This document shows, one piece after another, positions 52,201-64,000 of a stretch of DNA of 64,000 bases. The DNA is from Squalus acanthias. Its lineage: Eukaryota. The stretch covers positions 135,472,001 through 135,536,000 of the forward strand of contig CM059432.1 of NCBI GenBank assembly GCA_030390025.1. Direction: 5' to 3'. The first letter of the stretch is position 1, and the number at the start of each line of letters is the position of its first letter. Below the pieces are notes generated by a model. That model was given only the letters and a program-made list of their open reading frames with translations. It had not been told where the DNA came from and made no database searches. The position numbers were made by a program, and so were the translations under genes.

Positions 52201-52309
52201 CTCGTATGGTAAGCTTGCTATACAGCTGTGAATTCATCTCCTCATCTCGCTGATAGCGACGGAACTCATCTAATGCCTCTCGAACTATTGTCACCGCCAT
52301 AACAAAACC
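52201..52309 (-). CDS. ATP9B: ATP9B coding exon (109 bp, probably exon 5): [36 protein letters not shown](G)
   Basis: Translated by hand (not in the ORF track). Acceptor ttttcttctag, donor CGAG|gttaga, phase 0-1. Confidence 0.95.
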
Positions 52310-52740
52310 CTAGAAGAAAAAAAACACAAACTTATTAGTAATTAGAGTGAGGGAAATCAGGTTATTAATCCCTAAAACACACATGAGCAATACATTTTGG
52401 TGAAAAAATAATTACAGGATTTAGACCCAAAAATGTCCATTACTTGCTAATTTTTGCTGTTGTTCAAGTCATCACTACTAGATTCACCAAAGAAGGAGTA
52501 AAATAACTAACTATAAACCAGTACTTGGGGAAAAAAATAGAAAGATAAACCCTTTATTCAATGTGAAAGCAAGCATTGTAAGATTTTAAACAAGTCTTGC
52601 ATGAGTAAGCTCACATTCAATTTTGATACTCCTCTGGCAAAATAGTTAATTAATTGACATATACTGATTCAAATTCAGCTAGTGTCCTACCCCTTCACTG
52701 TATATGCACTATTTTTTCTGCTTCTCGGGTACACATCTAG

Positions 52741-53676
52741 GGGTAGAAATTAACTCGCGTTTCGCCCAGTTTTTGGCTGCTCAATAGGCGTTCAACACGC
52801 TAATTTCGTGGTGGGCCAACCCGCAAAGGAAGTGCACGCTGAATGTGGCGGCTGACGTAATGATTAAAGTGCTCCCAAGGCGTCCCTGGCAGCCGCTTGA
52901 AATAAACACCGGGCTCACTAAAATATTTAAATAGCAGCCCTGCGCTTTCATCAGGGCCCTTTTGGGAAATTGGGGCCTGGCAGCATTTGATTCGATCATT
53001 CTCAAGACCGCCTAGCAAAAAAGGGCAGGAATACTCAGGAAGCAGTCTGCTGCAGCGGTATTTAAAGGGATCCTCACCTCCAGTAAGGAGAGTCTCTGGA
53101 TATTCGTTTTAGGCCATTTTTTGGCTCTTTTAGCTGACTTTGGGAAGTTTTTGAAACTACAGAGCTGTTGGAGAACTGACTTTTAGCTACAGCGGCACTG
53201 TTTTACTACATTGGCTGCAGGAGTACTTTGTAAAATGGGGTTGTTGCTGGGATTGCCATTGAGGCTGCCACACTAGGAACAACAGCAGGAGGCTCAAAGA
53301 CAGCAAAGGAGGCAAGGGCACAGGAAGCCTTACAGGATGAGTGTCTTCCAGAACTGAAGGTCACACTTGAACATGACAGGAGCAGTGTATGCAGAGGCTC
53401 CGCTGCAGCATATGGGCTGTCACAGACCTAGGTCACCTGTTGCAGCAGGAATTGGAGCCAAACACTAGGGCATACTCAGCAGTGCCTGTGACTGTGGAGG
53501 TAACGGTGACCCTCAACTTCTATGCCACAGGCTCATTCCAGGCTGCAAAAGATGGCATCAGCAACATCAGTCAGTTTGCTGTCTATACGGCCATGAGGCA
53601 GGTGACAGATGTCCTCTTTGCAAGGAGACAGCAATACACCACCTTCCCCATAGAGGCTACCAATGAGAAGGAGTGA
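52741..53676 (+). mobile_element. Decayed PIF/Harbinger transposon 5' part with transposase remnant
   Basis: GGGTAGAAATT terminus. Peptide AVPVTVEVTVTLNFYATGSFQ..ISQFAVYTAMRQVTDVLF resembles Harbinger/HARBI1-family transposase N-termini. Upstream stops, truncated. Confidence 0.8.
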
Positions 53677-55361
53677 GCTCTTGGATTAGTGGGCATATGG
53701 AACCAAATTCCAGCAAAAGCAGTCGAGGCAGAGACAAATTAATTTCTTTAAAAAGGGCTTGGGTAAATATCTGGTTTGGAACGGTTATAGCCCGATCAAA
53801 TGGTCCTTTCGACACAATGGTTCGCATATTGTTGGGCCAGGGGAGGAGGGTGGCCAAGGTAATGTTGTCTGTTTGAATAGCGGAGATGTGAATTAACTTC
53901 TGGAGTCTTGTTTTGAGTTTAGGGATATTTATGCAGAACTTCCCCTCAGTACATTTAAATCAGATAGATTGCAGGTGGTCTGTGGAAGTAGCAGGCTTGA
54001 TGGGACATTTTATTTTCCTCACTCAATGACTTCTTGTGTTATAAATTTTTTTTTTTTTTTTTAAAAAGGTAAACATAATGCATTTTATTTTTTCCCTGCT
54101 TATCTACCAGAGGTCCTGCCTCCCTCTATCCCAGATCAGCACAATATCTGTTATTGATCAGAATACTTATATTGCATCTACCTTCTAAAAAAGCATTTTT
54201 ATGTAGTACAAGACTATCAAATGTGAGAAACTTTTTTTTTTTTTTAAAGTTGTTTTCTTTCCTATACTAGCCTGAATGCATTACGTAAACTAGCAAACTA
54301 TTGCCCAATGGTAAGATACTATTAATTGGTGTTCAGCTCCAACTCACAAGGATATTTACTGCAGTACTTATACGTTGCTAATTTCCTACACCACCTCCCC
54401 CAACCCACATTTAAGATGCAATTATAAAAATCTATTTGATTGTAAGAAAGGAGGTAGAACTTTGTGGAAAAGGAAAGCCAAACAAAACATACATTAAAAT
54501 GGTAACAATGAACAAAAAGATATTTGAAAAGTTGTTTTTTTTTTTTAAAAACACCATGCTAAAACAAAGTACTTCTTAATTGCACTATGTTTGAATTCTA
54601 GCACTACTTAGCACTGTAGCTAGATTTGATATTATTGAACACATCCTAATTCAGGGCAAAGGTATACTTTAAATACTGGGGAGATCGAATTCAGTCTGGA
54701 TCAATGTGATCTGAACTGAATTTGATCTTCAGTGCAAACAGGATATTTGATTACTACTGACCTTCTGTACCTTGACACATCTATTTTACCGAAGGTTGCT
54801 CAATGGTATAATTGTAAATTGTAGAAGCATTCAAACCTAGACCAGTTTAAGCTTGCTTGTAGAACATATCCTATGACCAGTGTAAACTTGCAAGTATTCT
54901 TAAATTCTTCAGCAGAAGCCAGACTATCTAGGCTATTTGTGAAGTCAAATTTCCAGAACTAAATACTGTACCTACAAAAATTACCATTTACAGTATGACC
55001 CCCCGCAACAAACTTGATTCCATTTTAAGTACTTAGTTGTTTAAAGAAGATCCAAAAATTGTTTTTAAAAATGCACCAAATTCCTTTGATTGTTGAAAGT
55101 GAAGTTTATTATATTGAGTTACCTTTAGAGCCTTAAGACAGGCACGTGGATGTGACCATGATCACAGCCTCCAGTCTGACAGCAGGCTGTGGCCCTAATC
55201 ACACCTTGCAGTAAAATGTCCCAAGGCAATTAAGAGGCATGAGCAAACACACATCAAGTTAGTTATTTCAGAAATGCTCTACAATTAAAATATAAAAGAC
55301 CACATTGTTTTAATAAAAAAAACTTTGCATAAGAACATGAAACGTAATATATTTTACTTAC

Positions 55362-55475
55362 TAGAGGAGCCCAGTATGTATACAGATAGCCTATCTTCAA
55401 CGATGGTACAAACTGTGAACATGATACCACCAGAAAATAAAGATTCAAGAAAAACTTGAATTGTTGATATAATAC
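55362..55475 (-). CDS. ATP9B: ATP9B coding exon (114 bp, probably exon 4): [38 protein letters not shown] (TM1 region)
   Basis: Acceptor ttttcag, donor CTA|gtaagt, phase 0-0. Near-identical to the recalled ATP9B sequence. Confidence 0.96.
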
Positions 55476-55641
55476 CTGAAAAACAACATTACTACAATGA
55501 GATTGGCAATTTCATTTCACACATCTTCAAAACAGGTTGTACCTCAGTTAGAGCAAGCATAGTCATAAATGCATTCTTAAAGGAGGTGCTTAAAAGAGAA
55601 AAGTCACCAGGAGAATAAGACAGAAGGGAAATATTCAATAT

Positions 55642-55740
55642 AAACAAAATACTGCGAATGCTGGAAATCTGCAATAAACAGAAAATGCTGGAAATACTCA
55701 GCAGGTCAGACAGCATCTGCGGAGAGAGAAACAGAGTTAA
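55642..55740 (-). mobile_element. 3' half of the short pLTR-like family, abutting a Harbinger MITE
   Basis: Matches the 24552-24650 arm (CAAAATACTGC..GGAGAGAGAAACAGAGTTAA). Confidence 0.75.
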
Positions 55741-55741
55741 T

Positions 55742-56276
55742 GGGCCAGAACTTGTTGGAGAGGGGCATCTCACATCGTACGCCGTTAAGACTTTTTTCAA
55801 GCGAGGGCAACAGGGCATCTGGGACCTCAGTGAATGGCGTGACCAACAGTGTATCAGAGAACCAAAGAGAGGGAAAGAAAGATTAGATTAAGGGGGAGAG
55901 GGGCAAAGGAAAAGAAAATATTAAAATTTTAAAAATCTCCAACAGCAATTTAGCACCTGAAGCAATGAGACTCCACGGTTTAAATTGTTCAATTTCTGGG
56001 CCAGAGGGGTTGATTGGCATTACATTAACAATGTCATTAAAAAGATACCTTTGCTGTTAATTACCAGACTTAACTTTCTGCGACGACTTTAATGGGCAAT
56101 TAATGTGCAAGTTCGTAAAAGTAATGAGGATGCTAAGGGAGAGATGCTGTTTGTGCGAAGCGGCGTTAAATGATTCGCAACTCACAGGATACATCTTAAT
56201 CCCCTGAACTTGCTGGCCGATGTGCATATTAATAATTGCTTGTGTGGTTAACACACCATTATTTTTCCAGCAGGTT
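55742..56276. mobile_element. MITE related to family B, right end lost at a CR1 tail
   Basis: GGGCCAGAACTTGTTGGA start, partial TCCAGCAGGTT end. Shares AATGAGACTCCA..GCCAGAG.GGTTG with family B. Confidence 0.7.
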
Positions 56277-56278
56277 AA

Positions 56279-57992
56279 AACATAATAGAAGCAGGAGTAG
56301 GCCATTCGGCCTTTCGAGCCTGCTCCGCCGTTCAATAAGATCATGGCTGATCATCTACCTCAACTCCACTTTCCCGCCTTGATTCCCTTAGTACCCAGAA
56401 ATCTATCAAGCTCTGTCTCAACAACCGAGTATCCACAGCCCTCTGGGGTACAGAATTCCAAAGATTCACAATCCTTTTTGAGTGAAGAAATTTCTCCTCA
56501 GCTCAGTCCTAAATGGCCAACCCCTTATCCTGAGACTCCCCAGCCAGGAAAAACATCATCCCACCATCTACCCGGTCAAGCCCCTTAAGAATTTTATATA
56601 TTTCAATTAGATCGCCTCTCATTCTTCTAAACTCTCAGGAATCTCTTCATAGGACAATCCCCTCAGTCCAGGAATCAGTCTGGTGAACCTTTATTGCACT
56701 CCCTCTAAGGCAAGTATATCCTTCGTTAGATAAGGAGACCAAAACTGTACACAGTACTCCAGATGTGGTCTCATCAAAGCCTTATATAATTGCAGTAAGA
56801 CTCCTTTACTCTTAGACTTTGTTACAAAGGGATTGGAGTATAACATACCATTTGCTTTCCTAATTTCTTGCTGTACCTGCATGTTAACTTTGTGATTCAT
56901 GTACAAGGACACCCAGGTCCCTCTGAATACCAACATTTCCCAGTCTCTCACCTTTAAAAAATATTCTGCTTTTCTATTTTTCTTAGCAAAGTGGATAACT
57001 TCATATTCCATCTGCCATGGTCTTGCCCACTCACTTAACCGGTCTATATCCCTTTACAGCGCCTCTGCGTCCTCCTCACAGCTTACTTTCTCACCTAGGT
57101 TTGCATCATCAGTAAACATGGATACATTGCACTTGGTCCCCTCATCTAAGTCATAGATATAGATCGTAAATATCTGAGGTCCAAGATATGTACTGATCCT
57201 TGCGGTACCCCACTAGTTACAGCCTGCCAACCCGAAAATGACCTGTTTATTTCTACTTCTACTTATTCCTACTGTTTTCTGTCCGTTAACCAATCCATGC
57301 TAATATTTTACCCCCAATCCCATGAGCCCTAATTTTGTGTAATAACCTCTGAGTGACACCTTATCAAATGCTTTTTTGAAAATCCAAATACACTATACCC
57401 ACTGGTTCCCCCTTATCTACCCTGCAAGTTACAACCTCAAAAAGCTCTAATAAATTTGTCAACACGATTTCCCTTTCATAAATCAGTGTTGACTCTGCCC
57501 AATCGTATTATGATTTTCTAAGTGTCCTGATACACGTCCCTAATAATAGATCATAGTATTTTCCCTGCTACTGATGTCAGGCTAACTGGCCTATAGTTTC
57601 CGGTTTTCTCTCTCCCTCCTTTCTTGAATAGCAGGGTTACATTTGTTACCTTCCAATTCGCAGGAACCATTCTAAAGTCATGGGAATTCTGGAAGATCAA
57701 AACCAATGCATCCACTATCTCTGTAGCCACCTCTTAAAACCCTAGGATGTAAGCCATCAGGTCCAGGGGATTTGTCGACTTTTAGTCCCATTAATTTCTC
57801 CAGTACTATTTCTTGACTAATACTAATTTCTTTAAGTTCCTCATTCTCACTAGGTCCTCGGTTCCCCACTATTTCCAGAATGATTTTTTTGTGTCTTCTA
57901 CCGTGAAGACCAATACAAAGTATTTGTTTAATGTCTCTGCCATTTCCTTATTCCCCATTATAATTTATCTGCTTGTAAGGGACCCACGTTTA
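56279..57992 (-). mobile_element. CR1-clade LINE fragment
   Basis: KVDKSPGPDGLHPRVL and [13 protein letters not shown]. Colinear with 49342-51100. Confidence 0.9.
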
Positions 57993-58937
57993 TTTTCGGT
58001 TCCGGCCCAATGTTTCAGGTTGATGACCTTTCAAAATTGGATCCATTCAAATGACTATTTTGAGAGGCAGCCTGTGTTTGCAACACAGCAGATCCAGTCA
58101 CTTAATGGAATTTTCAAAGTTGTCAATCCAGAGTGCTGGACCCACAAAAACTAAGCATTACTGGGCTGTCGAAATCTTTCTCGGCCTTTTTTGTCTTTTA
58201 CGAAAATGATTCCATAAATGCTCAATGATTATGTTTTTCCAAGTCTACATCATCTTAACAATTGCTCAACAGCATACCGGCATGGTTATAATGGAAGTTA
58301 ACAAGCCTCATGGGCTGCTGGATGTTCCCTACTTTGCACTGAATCTTTGATTCACTGATCGGCGACGGTTCATGCCTTTCATTAAACAAAGTGAGAATCA
58401 GAACACACAGATTGACATCTATTAATTCTTGTTCCAAGTAACAACCCCAAGCAGTAACATTCTCTATTACTTTAGAGGAAACTTAAAATTAAAAGTAAAA
58501 TCATAAAAATTATGAAGATATAAAGTAAATAAGGCAATTTGAGAGAGTTTTCCAGCTTTAAACACATGACTTCAGCTCAAAAGCCTAGATATTTGTCCTT
58601 GTGATGCTTTAAGTCTGTGGCATCAGTTTTGCAGAGAATCTTGAAAAGCAGCACTCGTTTCCCTGGTGTTTCAGAGAAGTTCTCCCCACTAAAGCATGCA
58701 ATTAATTTTTCAACTTCACTCTTAGACAATTTAAAAGTGTGCATGTGCTTCATCCAACAGCAATGCTCATTAAAAAACTGCAGCGCCGGATTATTCCTCC
58801 GAATTCATTTCGTAACTTTCTGCTCTCCACCACCACCACCACCAGCCCCCCACCCCCACCCCACTTCTCCTGGCCCAGATGCTGCCATCACTTCCAAACA
58901 GGAAACAGGAACCTCAGGTGATTGCAACAGAACTGAA

Positions 58938-59358
58938 AGGTTATACCCTATCAGGAAAGATTTGAAAAGAGAAGGCTAGAGGGGTGACCTGAAAGAAGTC
59001 TTTACGAGTATGAAAGGGTTTGATAGGATAGATGTAGACGAGATGTTTCCACTTGTAAGGGAGACCAAAACTAGGGGCCATAAATATAAGATAGTCACTA
59101 ATAAATCCAACAGATATTCAGAAGAAACTTCTTTACCCAGACAGCGGTGAGAATGTGAACTCGTTACCACAAAGAATCGTTGAGGCGAATAGCATAAAGC
59201 ATGTAAGGGGAAGCGAGATAAACACATGGAGAAAGGAATATAATGTTATGCTGATACAGTTAGATGAAGAGTGGTGGGAGGAGGCTCATGTGGAGCATAA
59301 ACCAGTTGGGACAAAAGGCCTGTTTTGGCGCTGTACGTTTATGTAAATTCTATGTAAC
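58938..59358 (+). mobile_element. CR1 3' end
   Basis: Nucleotide match to 34529-34952. Confidence 0.85.
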
Positions 59359-60268
59359 CAGGAAGAAGTAGTCAAATAGTGGAACTGCCACTCAGCCAGT
59401 TTCATTGGAAAATACATTGAATTTTTCTGCAAAGCAAAATTCAATCAAACCCTCTGCTACGGGGGAAGATTTGGCTGCACAAATCTGTAGCAGGCAACTT
59501 CGCAGTCGTTCCATGGCCTCAGGTTATTTGCAACAGCTGCTTTGTCACAACAAATCCAAATTAGTCGTCACTTGTAAACAATCAAGAGACTGCTTTTTCA
59601 ACTGTTTGTCACCGTCCATTGCAATATTTGATTTGTTGTTGGAAATGCCTAACCATGAGGCATTTGCATTTATTTGGCTATACACGGAGTGAAGTTACTG
59701 TAAAGTTTAAATATGGTCATGCTGTGCCTTGTCAAACAAGCCTGGAAAATTCACAATTGTAGGATGGGGTTTACGGTTAAATGTGATCCTTGCATAAGTC
59801 AATACTGAGGAGATGAGAGATTTATGATCAAAAAGAGTGAGATCACAAATTATTTAAATGCATGGAACGGTGTTGCCTTTTCATGGTAAGCACTGTTTTT
59901 TTAAAAACATTTGAACCACTTTTAAACAGCACAGACCACATTTGCCAAGTCTCATACAATCTATATTGCAGGAAAGTTGAAATAAGAGAGAAATTGTCTA
60001 TTTGACTGACATTTGTACATGATACAGTGCAGGTGATAATGTGATTTTCAGCTTGACTGGAAGAATGGGCTTTTATTATTTTCTACGTTCTAATTGTGCT
60101 TGCTTTTAGCTGGGTAAATGCGATTAGGACTATTTGCTTGCATGGAGGGCAAATACTGACACTGGAAATGGACTGGTTGGGTTGAAAGGCCTGCTTCTGC
60201 ATTGTAACTTCTATGTATTTCTGTACAGCAGAGGTTATTTCAAAGCATGCAAGGTTTCATTTACTCAC

Positions 60269-60419
60269 CCCAGGTACAAATGTAAAGAGGTTGTACTTCT
60301 GGTTTTTGATGGCATTCCTTGGATATTTTTCCTCACACTTCTCTGGATGTCCCAGCCATACTGTGCGAGCTTTAAGCTGTTTCTTTCTCCGACAGATGTT
60401 GGCAAGCCAGTCGCAGCAA
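60269..60419 (-). CDS. ATP9B: ATP9B coding exon (151 bp, probably exon 3): [50 protein letters not shown]
   Basis: Peptide matches the recalled N-terminal region of vertebrate ATP9B. Acceptor tttcag, donor GGG|gtgagt. Ends in phase 0 and joins the next exon in frame. Exon numbering is from memory of the human gene. Confidence 0.95.
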
Positions 60420-60689
60420 CTGAAAGATATAAAAAAATCTAAATGTTCAACCACTCCATGTATCAGAAGTAAATTCCAACATATTTGTTTTCATGTTAAG
60501 ACATGGCTGCCCGTGTACTAACTCGCACCAAGTCCCGTTCGCCCATCACCCGTGCTCGCTGACCTACATTGGCTCCCAGTTAAGCAGCGCCTCGATTTCA
60601 AAATTCTCATCCTTGTTTTCAAATCCCTCCACTGCCTCGCCCCTCCCTATCTCTGTAATCTTCTCCAGCCCCACACCGCCTAACCAGCG

Positions 60690-61160
60690 CTTTATAAAGA
60701 TTCAGCATAACTTTTGTACTCAATACCTCGATTTATGAAGCCCAAGATCCCATATGCTTTGTTAACCACTCAATATGTCCTGCCACCTTCAGGGACCTAT
60801 GCACATTAACTCCCAGGTCGCCCTGTCCCTGCACACTCTAAAACTGCCATTAAGTGTATATTGCCTCTCCCTGTTCCTTCTGCCAAAATGCAACACCTCA
60901 CACTTCTCTGTATTAAATTCCATCTGCCACTTGTCTGCTAGCCTTTATGTCCTGTTGCAGTCGATTGGTATCATCACTGTTTGCCACACCCCCAAGTTTG
61001 GTGTCACCGGCAAAATAGATATTAAAAAAAGCAGTGGCCCCAGCACTGACCCTTGGGGAACACCTTCCTCCAGTCTGAAAAAGCCATTTACCACAACTCA
61101 CTGTTTTCTGTCCTTAAGCCAATTCCTTATCCAAGCTGCCACTGACCCACCTATTCCATA
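60690..61160 (-). mobile_element. CR1 RT remnant
   Basis: FAGDTKLGGVANS..RLQQDI peptide and PQGSVLGP coding sequence. Confidence 0.75.
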
Positions 61161-62004
61161 GCTTGACATTAAGTTCAATTACTTACACAGAAAAACAAAG
61201 AAGTTTCAATTTGATCCAACCAGTCCATGCTGGCATTTACCCTCCAAGTGAGCAAATCATCTAATTACATTTACCCTGTTCCCCTATCCCTTTTGCCCCT
61301 TTTCCATCATCCACCTATCCAATCTATTCTTGAATGTTACTTATATCCAATGCCACTCGTTTTTGGTTTATACAGAAAAATAATCAAGGACATAATCTGC
61401 AAAATACCAGTGAAAATCTTGAAATCCCATGTAATAAAATGGAATTCAATTTACTTAATAACCGTAAACTGGTACTCTATTTATGTCCCTTTCCTTGTTC
61501 TCTTGCTTACCTTTGCTCCCCTACCCTTCTCTCTCTAATCTTGTACATCAATTTGAGTCAGATAGGGAGGCAAAAGATTTTCCAAATTGGATGAAACTAC
61601 CTTTAGATTCCAAAACTGAAATAAATCCAATTTCCAGAAGCATAAAATTCACATCCTAATTCTGAAAAAAAATTGTACAATTTTCATCTGTTCACACAGG
61701 AAGGGTTTGAAAATAACCATAAGCAGCCATCAACTGTAACTGAATATTTTTACATTTCTCTGGTATTGTAACTACTTAATTATGTTCAGTTCACATTGTG
61801 CAAATTCTATAGAAATCTCTGCAATAAAACTTTCTCGTAAAATTGACTAAGCAATACTACAAAATGAAGTATTTTTCTGGTGAAGGTTTTGTTAGATTAG
61901 CAACCTATTCTTTCAACCTATACATAAGACAGACTTGCATTTATATAGAGCTCTTCACGACCCCAGATGTCCCAAAGCGCTTCACAGCCAATTAAGAACA
62001 TTTT

Positions 62005-62420
62005 TGCCTCCTTTCCATGGGGAAAGTGACAAAGCATTACCCCCTAGCAAATTAGGCTTTTAGGACATTCTTAATATATCAGTGGGCTGAAGTCTGACAA
62101 ATGTGGCAAATCCCACCAGTGGGAACTTGAAAAGATCCAGTGGTGTAAAATTTCAGTGCTGTGGTGACTTGCACAGCAGTAGGCAGGACTGTCCCTGTAC
62201 AAGATCTTGTCTCAAGGTCAAGCTCCAATAAGCAGCACAATTCTGGCACAGGTTCTCTTGAACAGCAGACAGAGATAGATCTCCAGAGACATGGCCAGGT
62301 AGTTGCGCTAGGGTCTGAAAACATAGCTCCTGGGCATAGCAGGCACACTTGCCTTTCTTTCTTCTGCCTGAACTCCTTTTCCTTCTCTAAACTCATTGGC
62401 AAGGTTTAATGAAATACCTA
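62005..62420 (-). pseudogene. Harbinger transposase remnant
   Basis: VLPTAVQVTTALKFYTTGSFQVPTGGICHICQTSAH, homologous to the 53389-53676 peptide. Confidence 0.75.
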
Positions 62421-63044
62421 TGCTGAGCATTGCTGTTAGAGTAGAGGTTGGTAGCAACAATGTTGTAGCTGGAGGTCTGTGCAAAAGGTTCCCACCATCA
62501 GCAGCAAAATGCAGAAAAAGATATTGCACAAGCCATAATGTAGTTGGAGCAGTATCGCCATCCAAAACCAGCAGCAAAAAAAAGTTACCTTCCAGAAACC
62601 AGTCTCACTTTGGGAATGGATGCTCTGCAGTGAAAACAACTTATATGTATAAGTTTTGTTAGATTAGCTACCATTCTTTCAACCTCTACGCAAGACAGAC
62701 TTGCATTTTATATAGCACTTTTCACGACCTCAGGCATCCCAAAGCGCTTTACAGCCAATGAAGTACATTAAATTAAAAACGACACCCGACACCCATTTAA
62801 ATGGCAAGCTGCGCTGAGAGTGTGGACTGGTAAGATGGGAATTAATCATGGATATATTTTACATGCATTAATACATTTTGCCACTATATATGATGCTCTG
62901 CTCCCAAATTCAGAGGGCAGCATCATCAATACTCTCACTGCATCCACACAGTGCAAGGAAACCAATACCAAACGCAGCTTTGGGGAATTGGCCCTTCAAT
63001 ATCCATTTGCGATAGAAAATCCACTTTCTCCAATTATTTGAATA

Positions 63045-64000
63045 TCATCCAATTGTGCCACAATCAACAGAGCAAAGCTCTATAAGCTCTACATCAAGTC
63101 AAGAATGGCAGTGGACAGCCAGGCAGCTGACAGGAGACAGCAGCTCCTGCACGAGTGCAAGAGAAAAGGCTGAAGTATTCACAAGTGTTGAGCAGATGAT
63201 CGTGCTCAGCCTCTTTAGGTTCCCATCATCATGGTTGCCAGTGTCGATTCAGTTCACTCCACATAACATTAATAAGTGGTTGAGTGTACTGGACTCAGCA
63301 AATCTATGGGTCCAGACAATATCCTAGCTATAGTGCTAAAACACAAGAGTGGGCTACTCCCCTAGCCAAGCTGTTCCAGTACAGCTAGGACACTGGCATC
63401 TACCCGACAATGTGAAAGATTGCCCAGGAATGTCTTATCCATACAAAACAGGATAAATGTAACCACTTACCACCCTCATCACCAGTAAAGTGATGGAAGG
63501 AGTCATCAATAGTGGCATCAAGCACACCTACTTATCAGTGCCCTGCTCACAGAAGCTCAGTTCAGATTCTGCCAGAACCACTCGGCTCCAGACCTCATCA
63601 CAGCCTTAAATCGAGACATTGATGCAAGAGCTGAATGCCAGAGGAGAGGAGAGAGTAGCTGCTCTCGACATCAAGGCACCATTCGACCGCATATTGCACG
63701 AAGGAGCCCTAGTAAAACTGAAGTCAATGGGAAATCCCTCCAGTGGGTGGAGTCATACATGACACAAAGGAAGATGGTTGTCAGAGGCCAGTCATCACAG
63801 CCCTAGCACATCCGTGCAGGAATGCCTCATGAAAGTGTCGTTGCTCCAACCACCATCAGCTGCTTTAACAACCTTCCTCGATCACGAGGTCAGGAGTGGG
63901 GCCATTCACTGACGATTCCTGTGTTCAGTGTTATGCACAACATATGATAATGAAGCAGCCGATCCAGACTTGGTGATATCCAACTCGAAGAGAAATATCA
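63045..64000 (+). mobile_element. Decayed LINE RT region, probably the same family as 36885
   Basis: AQFRFCQNHSAPDLITAL and VAALDIKAPFDR peptides. GATAATGAAGCAG shared with 36965. Confidence 0.7.

Noticed and set aside
53389..53676. Domesticated HARBI1 gene
   Set aside because: Upstream stops, truncation before the DDE core and an attached transposon terminus indicate a decayed transposon.
60269..60419. Assignment to ATP9A because of WLGHPEK
   Set aside because: The rest ([34 protein letters not shown]) matches ATP9B as recalled.

Overview
Vertebrate genomic DNA, very probably from a shark or other cartilaginous fish (inferred from the repeat families). The window lies inside the P4-ATPase lipid flippase gene ATP9B on the minus strand. 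Six coding exons (151, 114, 109, 59, 52 and 95 bp) have canonical AG/GT ends and join in one open frame from [13 protein letters not shown] to [27 protein letters not shown]. The rest is intron, including one of about 35 kb. The introns hold CR1 and L2 LINE fragments, Deu-domain tRNA SINEs, PIF/Harbinger MITEs and transposase remnants, a Tigger-like MITE and a young Penelope-like (GIY-YIG) insertion. The most notable signals: (i) a minimal hammerhead-ribozyme motif in the Penelope 3' end; (ii) a separate family of short non-coding, often fold-back elements carrying the same type of hammerhead and 13-18 bp target-site duplications; (iii) Harbinger MITEs whose internal palindromes keep their pairing while the sequence changes; (iv) candidate conserved enhancers, which fits the SALL3 neighbourhood of ATP9B in human. 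Family names come from recognition, not database searches. Most short ORFs in the track are spurious.
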